Positions 1-9,143 of a stretch of DNA of 64,000 bases are shown here, one piece after another; the stretch's first letter is position 1, and each line of letters starts with the position of its first letter. The position numbers and the translations under genes are program-made. The notes under the pieces are model-generated. The model did not search any database, had not been told where the DNA came from, and saw nothing but the letters and a program-made list of their open reading frames with translations. Source of the DNA: an uncultured Thermomicrobiales bacterium (GTDB lineage: Bacteria; Chloroflexota; Chloroflexia; Thermomicrobiales; CFX8); contig CAZNYB010000004.1 in NCBI GenBank assembly GCA_964577155.1, positions 15,444 to 79,443 of the forward strand, read 5' to 3'.

Positions 1-57
1 AGTGTAGCACGTACCTTGACATGTCTCCCCGCTGGCGCGAAGAATCGTCGCCAGTAC

Positions 58-66
58 TGCTACAAT
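58..66 (+). promoter_or_regulatory. possible extended -10 promoter element for the PHP/AlbA_2 gene
   Basis: TGCTACAAT fits the extended -10 pattern TGnTAnnnT about 80 nt upstream of the TTG start at 145. There is no convincing -35, so this is a sequence and position argument only. Confidence 0.2.
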
Positions 67-144
67 TCAGCATAGCTACTGATCGAAACGTAGCGAATTC
101 GTTACATTCCCTGCTACGTCAATCTGGAGACCAACACCACTTCA

Positions 145-2001
145 TTGAATCAGAAAAAACGCTCACGACCACAGGGTCGCCAATCCCGTGAAAACCGTGA
201 ATTACGCTGGTATCGCATAGATTTGCATCTGCACACCCCCGGATCCGCGGATTACCACGATACTAATGCCAGTCTGCTAGATATTCTCCGTCGCGCCGAA
301 GCTCGCGGCGCGGACATCATCGCACTCACCGATCACAATACCGTGCGAGGCATTGAACTGCTTCGCAATGAGATTGAGTCGCTAGAACTCCTGGAATCGC
401 TTGATCGCATTACTCAGGACGAGCAAGCCATGCTCAACGAGTATCGACGGCTACTTGATCAGATCACCGTTCTTCCCGGTTTCGAGTTTACCGCGACATT
501 TGGATTTCACATCCTGGCGATATTTCCTGAGCAAACGACGATCCGGCACCTGGAGCACACGCTGCTCGAACTGAATATCCCTGCTGATCAACTTGACCAG
601 GGCTCCAGCGAAGTTGGGGCCACTTCCGATGTGCTAACGGCCTACGAGGTGCTTCATGATGCCGGTGCATTGGTGATTCCTGCTCACGTAAATTCCACCC
701 ACGGTGTCGCCATGCAACGACTTCCCTTCGGCGGTCAGACCAGAATCGCCTGGACCCAGGACACCCATATTGATGCCTTGGAAGCAACCGACTTTGAGAA
801 CACCAGCCGGAGGAGCACCAGTAAATTTTTCAACGGTTCGAAACCAGACTACCCCCGCCGGATGCATATTATCCAGGGTTCAGACGCCCACCGGTTGACC
901 AGGAACCCAGACAACCAGCGTGAATTTGGTGTCTGCGATCGCATGACGGAGGTCCAGCTGAAATCCCCGACCTTTGAAGAGCTGACCAACCTCTTCAGGT
1001 CGGAGAACTTCAATCGCGTCAGACCGTATCGCCCGTCCAAAGATCCGTATGACTTCGTGCGAACAGCCAGGACCGAAGGCGAGTCGATCATTCAGGCATT
1101 TCATGAGCAGCCTGGCAAACGGCGGGGGAGATTAAATCCGGTCGTTCGAGATGTCGTCGCACTTGCGAACAGCCATGGCGGGACCGTCTTTGTCGGGCTC
1201 TCCGCGAATTCTGATGACCCGGTTCTCGGTGTGAAAGATGCCGCGACCGTCGTGCAGCACATACGGGAAGACATCGCTCGCCACATTACCCCGCCAATCT
1301 CAGCCACGATAGATATTGCATCAACCGCTGGAAAACAGGTGATCGTTGTTGCCGTGTCGGATGGACCAGATAAACCCTACGCCGTTGCGCCAGGGAATAT
1401 CTTTATCAGACATGAAGGTGAAACGACGCTCGCGCTTCGCGACGAAATAGTTGACCTGGTCAAAACCGGTCTTGGCAAAAGCTGGAGTACAGAAGCTGAC
1501 CAATCTCGAACGGAAGAACCTTTTACCTTTACACCTGGTGCTGCCTCGAGAGGTAGCAAGTCATTTGCGGACAACGGGAAACAGTCTGCCCAACCCGCCA
1601 AAACCGAGTCAATGATTCCTGAAGAACCCCCAGCCCAGGAACAGTCAATACCACGCACTGGGGTCGAGATCGTCGAGTCTGTTGAGCGTGATGGCGTTAC
1701 CTATCACTCAATGCGCGATCTCCGGAATATGAAGATTGTGCACAACGTATCCAGGGATTCAGCGCGCAAACTCTGGAGATACGCCATCCTCCAGAAAGAG
1801 CAACACCCGTGCAAACCAAGCGATGTCGTCTGGCAGAACGGGCATGGCTTTTGGAAGGCGTACAAACCTCGCGGGGCCGCGGTGCGCTTTAACCTTGTTC
1901 AGCGAGATGGCAATGATCTGCGGGTGTTCTACGGTGTGACTGAGGATGGTCTCGATAGTGTCTGGCGAGAGACGATTCCTGAAAAGTACCTGGTCTCGTG
2001 A
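145..2001 (+). CDS. PHP-domain metal-dependent phosphoesterase fused to an AlbA_2 (Schlafen-type) putative nucleic-acid-binding domain plus an unassigned C-terminal domain
   Basis: 618-aa ORF. N-terminal PHP motifs: IDLHLHTPGS, ALTDHNT, PAHVNSTHG, IQGSDAHR. Central VVRDVVALANSHGGTVFVGLS ... GKQVIVVAVSDGPDKPY ... IFIRHEGETT fits the AlbA_2 pattern. A Ser/Pro/Gln-rich linker is followed by a ~110-aa domain with no motif I recognise. TTG at 145 is the only in-frame start. Confidence 0.7.
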   Translation: MNQKKRSRPQGRQSRENRELRWYRIDLHLHTPGSADYHDTNASLLDILRRAEARGADIIALTDHNTVRGIELLRNEIESLELLESLDRITQDEQAMLNEYRRLLDQITVLPGFEFTATFGFHILAIFPEQTTIRHLEHTLLELNIPADQLDQGSSEVGATSDVLTAYEVLHDAGALVIPAHVNSTHGVAMQRLPFGGQTRIAWTQDTHIDALEATDFENTSRRSTSKFFNGSKPDYPRRMHIIQGSDAHRLTRNPDNQREFGVCDRMTEVQLKSPTFEELTNLFRSENFNRVRPYRPSKDPYDFVRTARTEGESIIQAFHEQPGKRRGRLNPVVRDVVALANSHGGTVFVGLSANSDDPVLGVKDAATVVQHIREDIARHITPPISATIDIASTAGKQVIVVAVSDGPDKPYAVAPGNIFIRHEGETTLALRDEIVDLVKTGLGKSWSTEADQSRTEEPFTFTPGAASRGSKSFADNGKQSAQPAKTESMIPEEPPAQEQSIPRTGVEIVESVERDGVTYHSMRDLRNMKIVHNVSRDSARKLWRYAILQKEQHPCKPSDVVWQNGHGFWKAYKPRGAAVRFNLVQRDGNDLRVFYGVTEDGLDSVWRETIPEKYLVS

Positions 2002-2005
2002 CTGA

Positions 2006-3304
2006 TTAGCGAACGATACCTTTCAGATCCAGCACATCTCTGACCAGTTGACGCGGCGGTACGACTGAGAGCATTCGCTTCAGAATGTTGGCTTGTTTCG
2101 TCTGTTTCGGTGTGCCGTCGACAGTCAGATAGTCCCGGAAAGACCTGGCGATTGCCATCGGCACCTCGTCGAGCAAATATGGCCGTTGATGGGCAAACTC
2201 AGTGATATTCCTGAGCTTGTAGAGATCCTTCAAGATAAACGAATCGGCGAGTAGTTCACGATAATACGAAAGCGTTGCGGCGGAGTAATCGTCTCGCTCG
2301 GCGGCTCTTATGACCGTCTCTCCGGCAAACTTGCCTGAGATCATCGCGTAGTTCGAACCTTCCCGGTTCAACGCATTGACCATCATCGCGGCATCTCCCG
2401 CGACCAGCGCGCCATCGATATACAGATCAGGCAGCGAATGATACCCACCTTCCGGAATGAGGTGCGCTGAATACTCCACTGCTTCTCCGCCTGCAAGCAG
2501 CGGTGCAATTGATGGGTGCTTTTTGAACCGCTCCAGCATATCGTTGACGTTGAGCCCAGTCTCCTTGAGATCTGATAGCAACGCGCCGGTTCCAATGCTC
2601 AACGATTCGTTGTTGGTGTAGATGAACCCGTATCCGAGGAGATATGATGTTGATTCACCGAAAATTTCCATCGCCGTGCCCTGGCCGGGTTCCAGGTTGA
2701 AACGTTCCTCAATTTTCCCCATGTCGAGCTGAATGAGCTCCTTCGCCACCAGAGCCTGTTCCGAGGGTCGCCACTCGCGGTGCATCCCTGCTCGCTGCGC
2801 TAGCAGAGAGTTCGCGCCGTCACAGAGGATGACGACATTGGCATAAAGCTCACCTTCAGCGGATCCAGTTGTAACGCCGACAACTTGCCCGTCGCGCCAG
2901 AGCAATTCGGTCACCGCCATCTCAGGGATGATGAACGCACCAGCTTCTTCCGCCTGAGCAGCGAACCACTGGTCCCAGTCAGCTCGCATGACGGTGAACG
3001 AGTTGTAAGGAGGAACCCCGAATGTTTGGGTCCGGTAGGTCAAGCCAACGTGGTCGTTCTCAGTCAACATGAGGTAGCGCTGCTCGATGATTGGACGTTC
3101 GAGCGGCGCGTTATTCCAAAATTCTCCGACAAGTTCGGAAGTTGGTTGCTGGTAGAGAATTCCACCCATCACGTTCTTCGCCCCGGGAAAAGCCCCACGT
3201 TCAAGGACAACAACTGATAGCCCGGCTCTGGCAATGGTCATTGCCGCAGCGCAACCTGCCGGTCCGGCCCCGACTACGATGGCATCGAACTTTTCGTCTT
3301 CCAT
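2006..3304 (-). CDS. fixC: FixC-like FAD-dependent electron-transfer-flavoprotein:quinone oxidoreductase
   Basis: N-terminal FAD fold DAIVVGAGPAGCAAA. Its length and position directly downstream of etfBA are typical of FixC/ETF-QO. Confidence 0.85.
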   Translation of the reverse strand: MEDEKFDAIVVGAGPAGCAAAMTIARAGLSVVVLERGAFPGAKNVMGGILYQQPTSELVGEFWNNAPLERPIIEQRYLMLTENDHVGLTYRTQTFGVPPYNSFTVMRADWDQWFAAQAEEAGAFIIPEMAVTELLWRDGQVVGVTTGSAEGELYANVVILCDGANSLLAQRAGMHREWRPSEQALVAKELIQLDMGKIEERFNLEPGQGTAMEIFGESTSYLLGYGFIYTNNESLSIGTGALLSDLKETGLNVNDMLERFKKHPSIAPLLAGGEAVEYSAHLIPEGGYHSLPDLYIDGALVAGDAAMMVNALNREGSNYAMISGKFAGETVIRAAERDDYSAATLSYYRELLADSFILKDLYKLRNITEFAHQRPYLLDEVPMAIARSFRDYLTVDGTPKQTKQANILKRMLSVVPPRQLVRDVLDLKGIVR

Positions 3305-3325
3305 AGGCTCTTTCTGATTGGGTAG

Positions 3326-4312
3326 TTACTGAGATTTGGCTTCCAGAATCGCGGTTGTCAGCGCCGGCAGCACCTCGTTGAGATCTCCGATGACGCCAAT
3401 ATCCGCCAGACGGAAGATAGGCGCTCCGGGGTCACGGTTTATGGCTACAATCGTTTCCGATCCGCGCATTCCGACGGTGTGCTGCACCGCTCCGCTAACG
3501 CCAGCGCCGATGTAGAGCGATGGGTGAATCGATTTCCCGGTCTGACCAATCTGCTCGTAGTGCGGACGCCAACCCAGATCGGTTACGGCTCGGGTTGCTC
3601 CTACCGGGGCGTTGAGCGCATCTGCCAACGCTTCGATAAGCGCGAAGTTCTCCGCCGAGCCAACTCCACGACCGCCTACGACAACCACTTCGGCATCACC
3701 TAGATTGGCATCTCCCGCCGGAGGCTGGCTGACCTCTTTGATTGGTGTGCGTTGAGCTGCAGCATCGAATTCAATGGAGATAGGTTCGATCTCTACCTGG
3801 TCTGTTCCTGAGACTGGATGCTCGTATGCGCCTGCCCGGACAACCGCGTAAGCGGTGTCCGAAATGTTGCAGGTTACATCTGCCAGCATCTTCCCCTGAT
3901 AGACTGGCCGGACGCCTGTCAAAGTGTCACCGGTAAGCTTGATTTCAACGCAGTCAGTCAGACATTCCTGGCCTGATTTTGCCGCCAGGTAAGGACCAAG
4001 ATCCCTCCCTGACGTTGTTCCCGACAAGAGCACCAGATCGGGAGATGTCTGGATCACTGCGGCTTCGATAAAAGCGCTGTAAACATCCGGGGTGTAGCGT
4101 TCGGCTTCAGGGTGCTCGGCAACCAGTACGCGATCTACGCCAAGCGTTGCAGTGCGCGTAGCAACAGGATCGACATCATATCCGACAATCAGGGCTGTGA
4201 TGCTACCGTTTTCGATGGCGTCGCTGGCGGCGTTAATCAGCTCGAAACACGATTCTCGTGCCTCTCCTGCGCTTGTCTCAATGACGACAAGGGTTTCCGG
4301 CATCTCTGACAT
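3326..4312 (-). CDS. etfA: electron transfer flavoprotein alpha subunit
   Basis: C-terminal FAD-binding signature YIGAGVSGAVQHTVGM and GATRAVTD.GW. Confidence 0.9.
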   Translation of the reverse strand: MSEMPETLVVIETSAGEARESCFELINAASDAIENGSITALIVGYDVDPVATRTATLGVDRVLVAEHPEAERYTPDVYSAFIEAAVIQTSPDLVLLSGTTSGRDLGPYLAAKSGQECLTDCVEIKLTGDTLTGVRPVYQGKMLADVTCNISDTAYAVVRAGAYEHPVSGTDQVEIEPISIEFDAAAQRTPIKEVSQPPAGDANLGDAEVVVVGGRGVGSAENFALIEALADALNAPVGATRAVTDLGWRPHYEQIGQTGKSIHPSLYIGAGVSGAVQHTVGMRGSETIVAINRDPGAPIFRLADIGVIGDLNEVLPALTTAILEAKSQ

Positions 4313-4346
4313 CCTTCATTGACTGGCCATCGCGAAACGATCAGCT

Positions 4347-5099
4347 CTACAACAACTCTTTTTCTTGCAACAACTGAACAATCTGCTGGACTGCCGTTTC
4401 GGTATCTGCTTCGATCATCACACCTTCGACGACATTTTCTTCTTCATGAAGATTCGACCATGACACAGTGTTGGTAATTTCCTCAAATTCAGACAGGTTC
4501 TGAACATCGACTGGTTTGCGTCTTGCGGCCATGATGCCCTTGAGCGAAGGGTATCGTGGTTCGTTCAGTCCGGTCAGCGCGCAGACAATCGCAGGCATAC
4601 TCAACTCAACGACATGCCTGCCATCTTCTACTTCCCGCTGAACCGTCATTGTGGACCCGTCCCGGACAAGATCCACGACGTTAGAAACAAAAGGCCGGCC
4701 AGTGATCGCCGCGAGTTGCGGTCCGACGTTCCCGGTACCGCTATCGCTGGTCTCCTGCCCCATGATGACGAGATCAAACTCACCGGATTCGATAATGATT
4801 GAAAGCACTTTCGCCGTGGCGAGCGAGGAAATCGTTTGATTGCCTGACTCGATGAGAAGTCCTCGGTCAGCGCCCATGGCAAGCCCTCTGCTGATGGCGT
4901 CTTTCGCGGAACCAGAACCGATGCTCACCACCGTAATGTCAACCGCGGAGTCTGCTTCTTCGAGCTGCACTGCCGCTTCGAGCGCGTACTGATCGTACTC
5001 ATTAACGACTTTCGGGGTGTTGTCCGAGAAGTGTCCTGATGAATCGAACCGTATTGCAGTCGGATCTGGCACCTGCTTAACAGGGACGATAATGTTCAA
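4347..5099 (-). CDS. etfB: electron transfer flavoprotein beta subunit
   Basis: MNIIVPVKQVPD N-terminus and overall ETF-beta pattern; immediately upstream of etfA. Confidence 0.9.
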   Translation of the reverse strand: MNIIVPVKQVPDPTAIRFDSSGHFSDNTPKVVNEYDQYALEAAVQLEEADSAVDITVVSIGSGSAKDAISRGLAMGADRGLLIESGNQTISSLATAKVLSIIIESGEFDLVIMGQETSDSGTGNVGPQLAAITGRPFVSNVVDLVRDGSTMTVQREVEDGRHVVELSMPAIVCALTGLNEPRYPSLKGIMAARRKPVDVQNLSEFEEITNTVSWSNLHEEENVVEGVMIEADTETAVQQIVQLLQEKELL

Positions 5100-5145
5100 T
5101 ACTCTCGCCTAATCTTTTCGCAATCCCCGGTTTCGGGCTGCGCCG

Positions 5146-5919
5146 CTATGCGCCGTTGAATTCCGGCTTCCGTTTCTCTATGAATGCCGACATTCCTTCG
5201 GCCTGGTCGGCTGTGGAAAAGCTGTTCCCGAAGATCTGGATCTCATATTCCAGTCCGCTGGAGAGGTCCACATCACCGGCCATCAGGAGCGCCCGTTTTG
5301 ATGAATGAACTGCCACCGGTGCAAAACTGGCTATAGAAGTGGCGAGCTGATTCGCCGCATCCAGCAGTTCCTCCAGCGGCAACACACGCGTAACCAGGCC
5401 GAACGACAATGCTTCTGCAGCGTCCAGCTGGCGACCGCCAAGAATGATTTCCGCCGCGAGCCCCGGACCGACAATACGCGGCAACCGTTGGGTGCCGCCC
5501 CAGCCTGGCGGAATACCTAACCCGACTTCAGGTTGCCCAATACGGGCGTTTTCACTGGCATAACGGATGTCACAGGCCAGCGCGATTTCGCAGCCGCCGC
5601 CAAATGCATACCCATTAATGGCGGCGATCCACGGCTGAGGCGATCGTTCGATACTGCTGCACACTTCGTGTCCAAGCCGCGAAAACTCGATCGCTTCCGC
5701 AACCGATTTCGATTGCATCTCTTTGATGTCTGCGCCAGCCGCGAACGATCGAGTGCCTTGCCCGGTGAGGATTACCGCCCGGATATCCCGATCATTGCTC
5801 AGTTGCCGGATCGCATCGCGCATGTCATCAAGTTGCCGGGTATTGAAAGCGTTGAGCGCTTCGCGCCGGTTCATCGTGACCGTTGCAATAGCGCCTTGTA
5901 CGTCAATATCAATAGCCAT
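5146..5919 (-). CDS. enoyl-CoA hydratase (crotonase family)
   Basis: NRREALNAF, FAAGADIKEM and GGGCEIALACD motifs. I moved the start to ATG 5919 (MAIDIDV...) because the tracked start 6024 overlaps the thiolase 3' end by ~100 nt. Confidence 0.85.
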   Translation of the reverse strand: MAIDIDVQGAIATVTMNRREALNAFNTRQLDDMRDAIRQLSNDRDIRAVILTGQGTRSFAAGADIKEMQSKSVAEAIEFSRLGHEVCSSIERSPQPWIAAINGYAFGGGCEIALACDIRYASENARIGQPEVGLGIPPGWGGTQRLPRIVGPGLAAEIILGGRQLDAAEALSFGLVTRVLPLEELLDAANQLATSIASFAPVAVHSSKRALLMAGDVDLSSGLEYEIQIFGNSFSTADQAEGMSAFIEKRKPEFNGA

Positions 5920-5926
5920 GAATCGA

Positions 5927-7114
5927 TCAGTTTCCGTCCACACGTAGGACGATGGCGTCACCCTGCGCGCCGCCTGAACATATTCCGGCAACTCCGATAC
6001 CGCCACCTCGCCGTCGCAACTCATAGGCGAGAGTGAGGACCAGACGCGCCCCGGAAGCTCCGATCGGGTGACCGAGTGCTATGGCGCCACCGTTGGGATT
6101 GATATCGTCTGGATCGATCCCGAGCCTGCGTGAACTGATGACTGCAACACTGGCAAATGCTTCATTGATTTCAATCACATCAACTTCATCGAGGGTTAGA
6201 TTAGCCTTTGCCAGCGCGGCTTCTATCGCTAGTTGCGGGGTATAGGCAAGATACGGCACATCCCAGGCTGAAGTTGCGTGAGCGAGGATCGTCGCCAGGG
6301 GCTTGAATCCATTTGCCTGTGCGTTGCTCTCTGATGTCACCACCATAGCCGCCGCGCCGTCGTTGACGCCTGGCGCATTGCCGGCGGTTACTGATCCTTC
6401 AGGATCGAACACCGGACGCAAGCCACTCAGCGCTTCGATCGTCGAGTCCGCGCGTATGGATTCGTCACGATCAACGACCGTCACCGCTCCGCGTCGACCC
6501 GCAATTTCGACTGGCACAATCTCTTCGGGCAACCGACCAGCTTCATAGGCGGCATCAGCGAGTTTGTGGCTACGTAGCGCATATTCATCCTGCACCGCAC
6601 GGCTGCACTCGTTTTCAGCTGCGACATTGGAACCGTGAATACCCATATGAACGTTGGCAACCGCGCAGGTAAGCCCATCGCTGACCATCGAGTCCAACAG
6701 CTCACCGTTCCCGAGCCGGTATCCAAATCTTGCTTTGTCGAGCATGTACGGCGCATTTGACATGCTCTCCATCCCGCCAGCCAGGATCGTTCCATATTCA
6801 CCGCTCTTGATCAGAATGTCTGCCAGGGTGATAGCTCGCATTCCGCTGCCACATACCCGGTTGATCGTATCCGAGGTAACCGTGCTGGGCAGTCCGATGT
6901 TGAACCCTACCTGACGTGAGGGAATCTGACCCGATCCGGCCTGGAGCACCTGACCGAAAATAATATGATCGATATCGTCGGCGCCAGTTTCAGATCTAGC
7001 CATTGCTTCTTTGGCGGCGATCGTCCCGAGCTGGACCGCCGACAAACTTGCCAACCCTCCACCGAGTCTTCCGAACGGGGTTCTCGCACCTTCGAGGATG
7101 ACGGAGTGACTCAT
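5927..7114 (-). CDS. acetyl-CoA acetyltransferase (thiolase)
   Basis: Active-site NRVCGSGMRAI, GHPIGASGARL, C-terminal GICSGGAQG. Confidence 0.9.
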   Translation of the reverse strand: MSHSVILEGARTPFGRLGGGLASLSAVQLGTIAAKEAMARSETGADDIDHIIFGQVLQAGSGQIPSRQVGFNIGLPSTVTSDTINRVCGSGMRAITLADILIKSGEYGTILAGGMESMSNAPYMLDKARFGYRLGNGELLDSMVSDGLTCAVANVHMGIHGSNVAAENECSRAVQDEYALRSHKLADAAYEAGRLPEEIVPVEIAGRRGAVTVVDRDESIRADSTIEALSGLRPVFDPEGSVTAGNAPGVNDGAAAMVVTSESNAQANGFKPLATILAHATSAWDVPYLAYTPQLAIEAALAKANLTLDEVDVIEINEAFASVAVISSRRLGIDPDDINPNGGAIALGHPIGASGARLVLTLAYELRRRGGGIGVAGICSGGAQGDAIVLRVDGN

Positions 7115-7200
7115 GCTGCGACCCTTTCTTTATGTCATGCAAATACAGATAGTAATAGCTACCCTGCGGACCTGAACCAGAACTGTATTTGAATGCTCGA

Positions 7201-8424
7201 TTAGTCCGCAACCCCCGCCAGTTGATCTCTGGCTTCGAATCCCTGAGCAGGTGGTTGCGGGTTGCTGAGCGGTCTGTCGATACGATATCCGAGAGCATAT
7301 TCAGCCTGCATGACGGTGTGAAGCTCTTTTGTTCCTTCGTAGATAACCGCGCCACGGGCATTGCGCCAGTACCGTTCGACCGGGTACTCATTTGAATACC
7401 CGTAGGAACCGTGAATCTGGATCGCGTCATCAGCAGATTGCAATGCCGCATCACAGGCATACCATTTGGCCAGCGACGTCTCTCTGGTGTTGCGCTGTCC
7501 ACGGTTCTTAAGTTCGGCAGCCTGCATCACCAGCAGTTTTGACGCTTCTTTACCAGCCACCATGTTGGCAACTTTCTGCTGAATCAGTTGAAATCGACCG
7601 ATCTCTTGACCAAACGCTTCGCGCTCGTGGCAATACTTCACACTCGCGTCGAGACAGGCCTGGATCAGTCCAACTGCTCCCGCGCCAACGGTAAATCGAC
7701 CCTGGTCGATGCAGGTCATGGCGATTTTGAAGCCTTCGCCTTCCTCACCGATTCTGTTTTCTACTGGGATTTTAACGTTGTCGAATGCCAGCCAGCCGGT
7801 GTTTCCAGCCCGGACGCCGAGTTTGCCCTTGATTGTCCCGGTCGTGAAACCTTCCATGCCACGTTCAATCACAAACGCACAGAGGCCGCGATGTTTCAGT
7901 GAGCGGTCGATTGTCGCAAACACAAGGAAGTGGTCGGCAGCGTCGGCAAGCGAAATCCACATCTTTTCGCCATTGAGGATGTAATGATCACCATCTCGCA
8001 CTACCGTTGAGGCGATGTTTCCGGCATCAGTGCCTGCGCCCGGTTCGGTAAGGCCGAACGTCGCAAGCTTGACGCCTTCGGCCTGAGGTACCAGCCAGCG
8101 ACGTTTCTGCTCTTCCGTTGCCCACTGCAACAACGCCAGGCTGTTCAATCCGACGTGCACACTCATGACGACACGCAGAAACGTGTCGACTCGTTCTAGT
8201 TCCTCACAGGCGAGAGCAAGCGAGACGTAGTCGAACCCGCCTCCACCGTAGGCTTCGGGAATAGGCAGGCCAAGAATGCCAAGCTCACCCATTTTCATGA
8301 GTACTTCAGGATGAAAATCCTGGTTCGCTTCCCATTCCTGGATATACGGTGCGACTTCCCTGTTTGCAAACTCCTGAACCATGTCACGTACTTGTGTCTG
8401 TTCTTCGGTAAGGCTGAAATCCAT
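7201..8424 (-). CDS. acyl-CoA dehydrogenase (short/medium-chain type)
   Basis: GLTEPGAGTD, full ACAD layout, IYEGT.E near the C-terminus. First gene of the beta-oxidation/ETF block. Confidence 0.9.
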   Translation of the reverse strand: MDFSLTEEQTQVRDMVQEFANREVAPYIQEWEANQDFHPEVLMKMGELGILGLPIPEAYGGGGFDYVSLALACEELERVDTFLRVVMSVHVGLNSLALLQWATEEQKRRWLVPQAEGVKLATFGLTEPGAGTDAGNIASTVVRDGDHYILNGEKMWISLADAADHFLVFATIDRSLKHRGLCAFVIERGMEGFTTGTIKGKLGVRAGNTGWLAFDNVKIPVENRIGEEGEGFKIAMTCIDQGRFTVGAGAVGLIQACLDASVKYCHEREAFGQEIGRFQLIQQKVANMVAGKEASKLLVMQAAELKNRGQRNTRETSLAKWYACDAALQSADDAIQIHGSYGYSNEYPVERYWRNARGAVIYEGTKELHTVMQAEYALGYRIDRPLSNPQPPAQGFEARDQLAGVAD

Positions 8425-8445
8425 ATCCGCTCCCTAGCTGAGGCT

Positions 8446-8516
8446 TGATCACCTGATCGCATGTCAATGTATCGGATGACCGGCACGCAATACTGATCAA
8501 CGGTGTATCCGATCAC
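8446..8516. promoter_or_regulatory. operator-like repeats upstream of the acyl-CoA dehydrogenase operon
   Basis: Four TGATCA-like hexamers (8446, 8454, 8494, 8510). An imperfect 13-bp direct repeat, TGTATCGGATGAC (8468-8480) and TGTATCCGATCAC (8504-8516), lies in the 128-nt spacer before the acd start. Confidence 0.3.
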
Positions 8517-8552
8517 AAAATCGTGGTTGAGTATAAGGGTTTAGCTTTACTG

Positions 8553-9143
8553 TCAACAAGAACGCTGCACGCCGGAGGGAAGCAGGTTGACAGGATCGTC
8601 GCTGCGGATAAATTCCAGATTATCCAGCAACTTCTGCAGGAGTGTTAAATGGTCTGGAACTGTTTGCGTCTCCAGAGCCAGGCTCGTGCTGAATGGCGTT
8701 GGCAGCTGATCTCGACGCATAACAGTATTCAAACCGACCCCGCAACTGACCCACTCAATGCGCCGCATCTGCAATTTTGATGCGCACAGCACCCCGCAGA
8801 GCTTGCCGTTCCTGGTGACGACATCGTTCGGTGGTTTTACAGTGGTCTGAACTCCGCAGGTGGTTCGAATGGTCTCAGAAACCGCCCTGGCAACCATACC
8901 GGGCAGCAACTGCAGCTGATCTGGCGAAATTCGGGATGGTGAACTGGTTGTGAACATCAAGCAGGTGGATGGAGGCGCAATCCACTCACGCCCGTTGGTG
9001 CCGCGACCCGCCGTTTGATAGTCGGCTACAACAACGACATCCTCACCTGGATGTGACTCCGCTACCTCTCTGGCTCGCACCATCGTTGAGCTAAGCTCTG
9101 GGTGCCATTCAACAAACCAGCGATTGTAGAAAAACGTCCTCAC
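8553..9143 (-). CDS. birA: biotin--protein ligase catalytic domain (short form, no obvious C-terminal cap domain)
   Basis: DYQTAGRGTNGREW matches the GRGRxGRxW biotin-binding loop, followed later by GVGLN. The protein is only 196 aa. Its start overlaps the CNNM stop (ATGA-type overlap at 9140-9143). Confidence 0.7.
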   Translation of the reverse strand: MRTFFYNRWFVEWHPELSSTMVRAREVAESHPGEDVVVVADYQTAGRGTNGREWIAPPSTCLMFTTSSPSRISPDQLQLLPGMVARAVSETIRTTCGVQTTVKPPNDVVTRNGKLCGVLCASKLQMRRIEWVSCGVGLNTVMRRDQLPTPFSTSLALETQTVPDHLTLLQKLLDNLEFIRSDDPVNLLPSGVQRSC

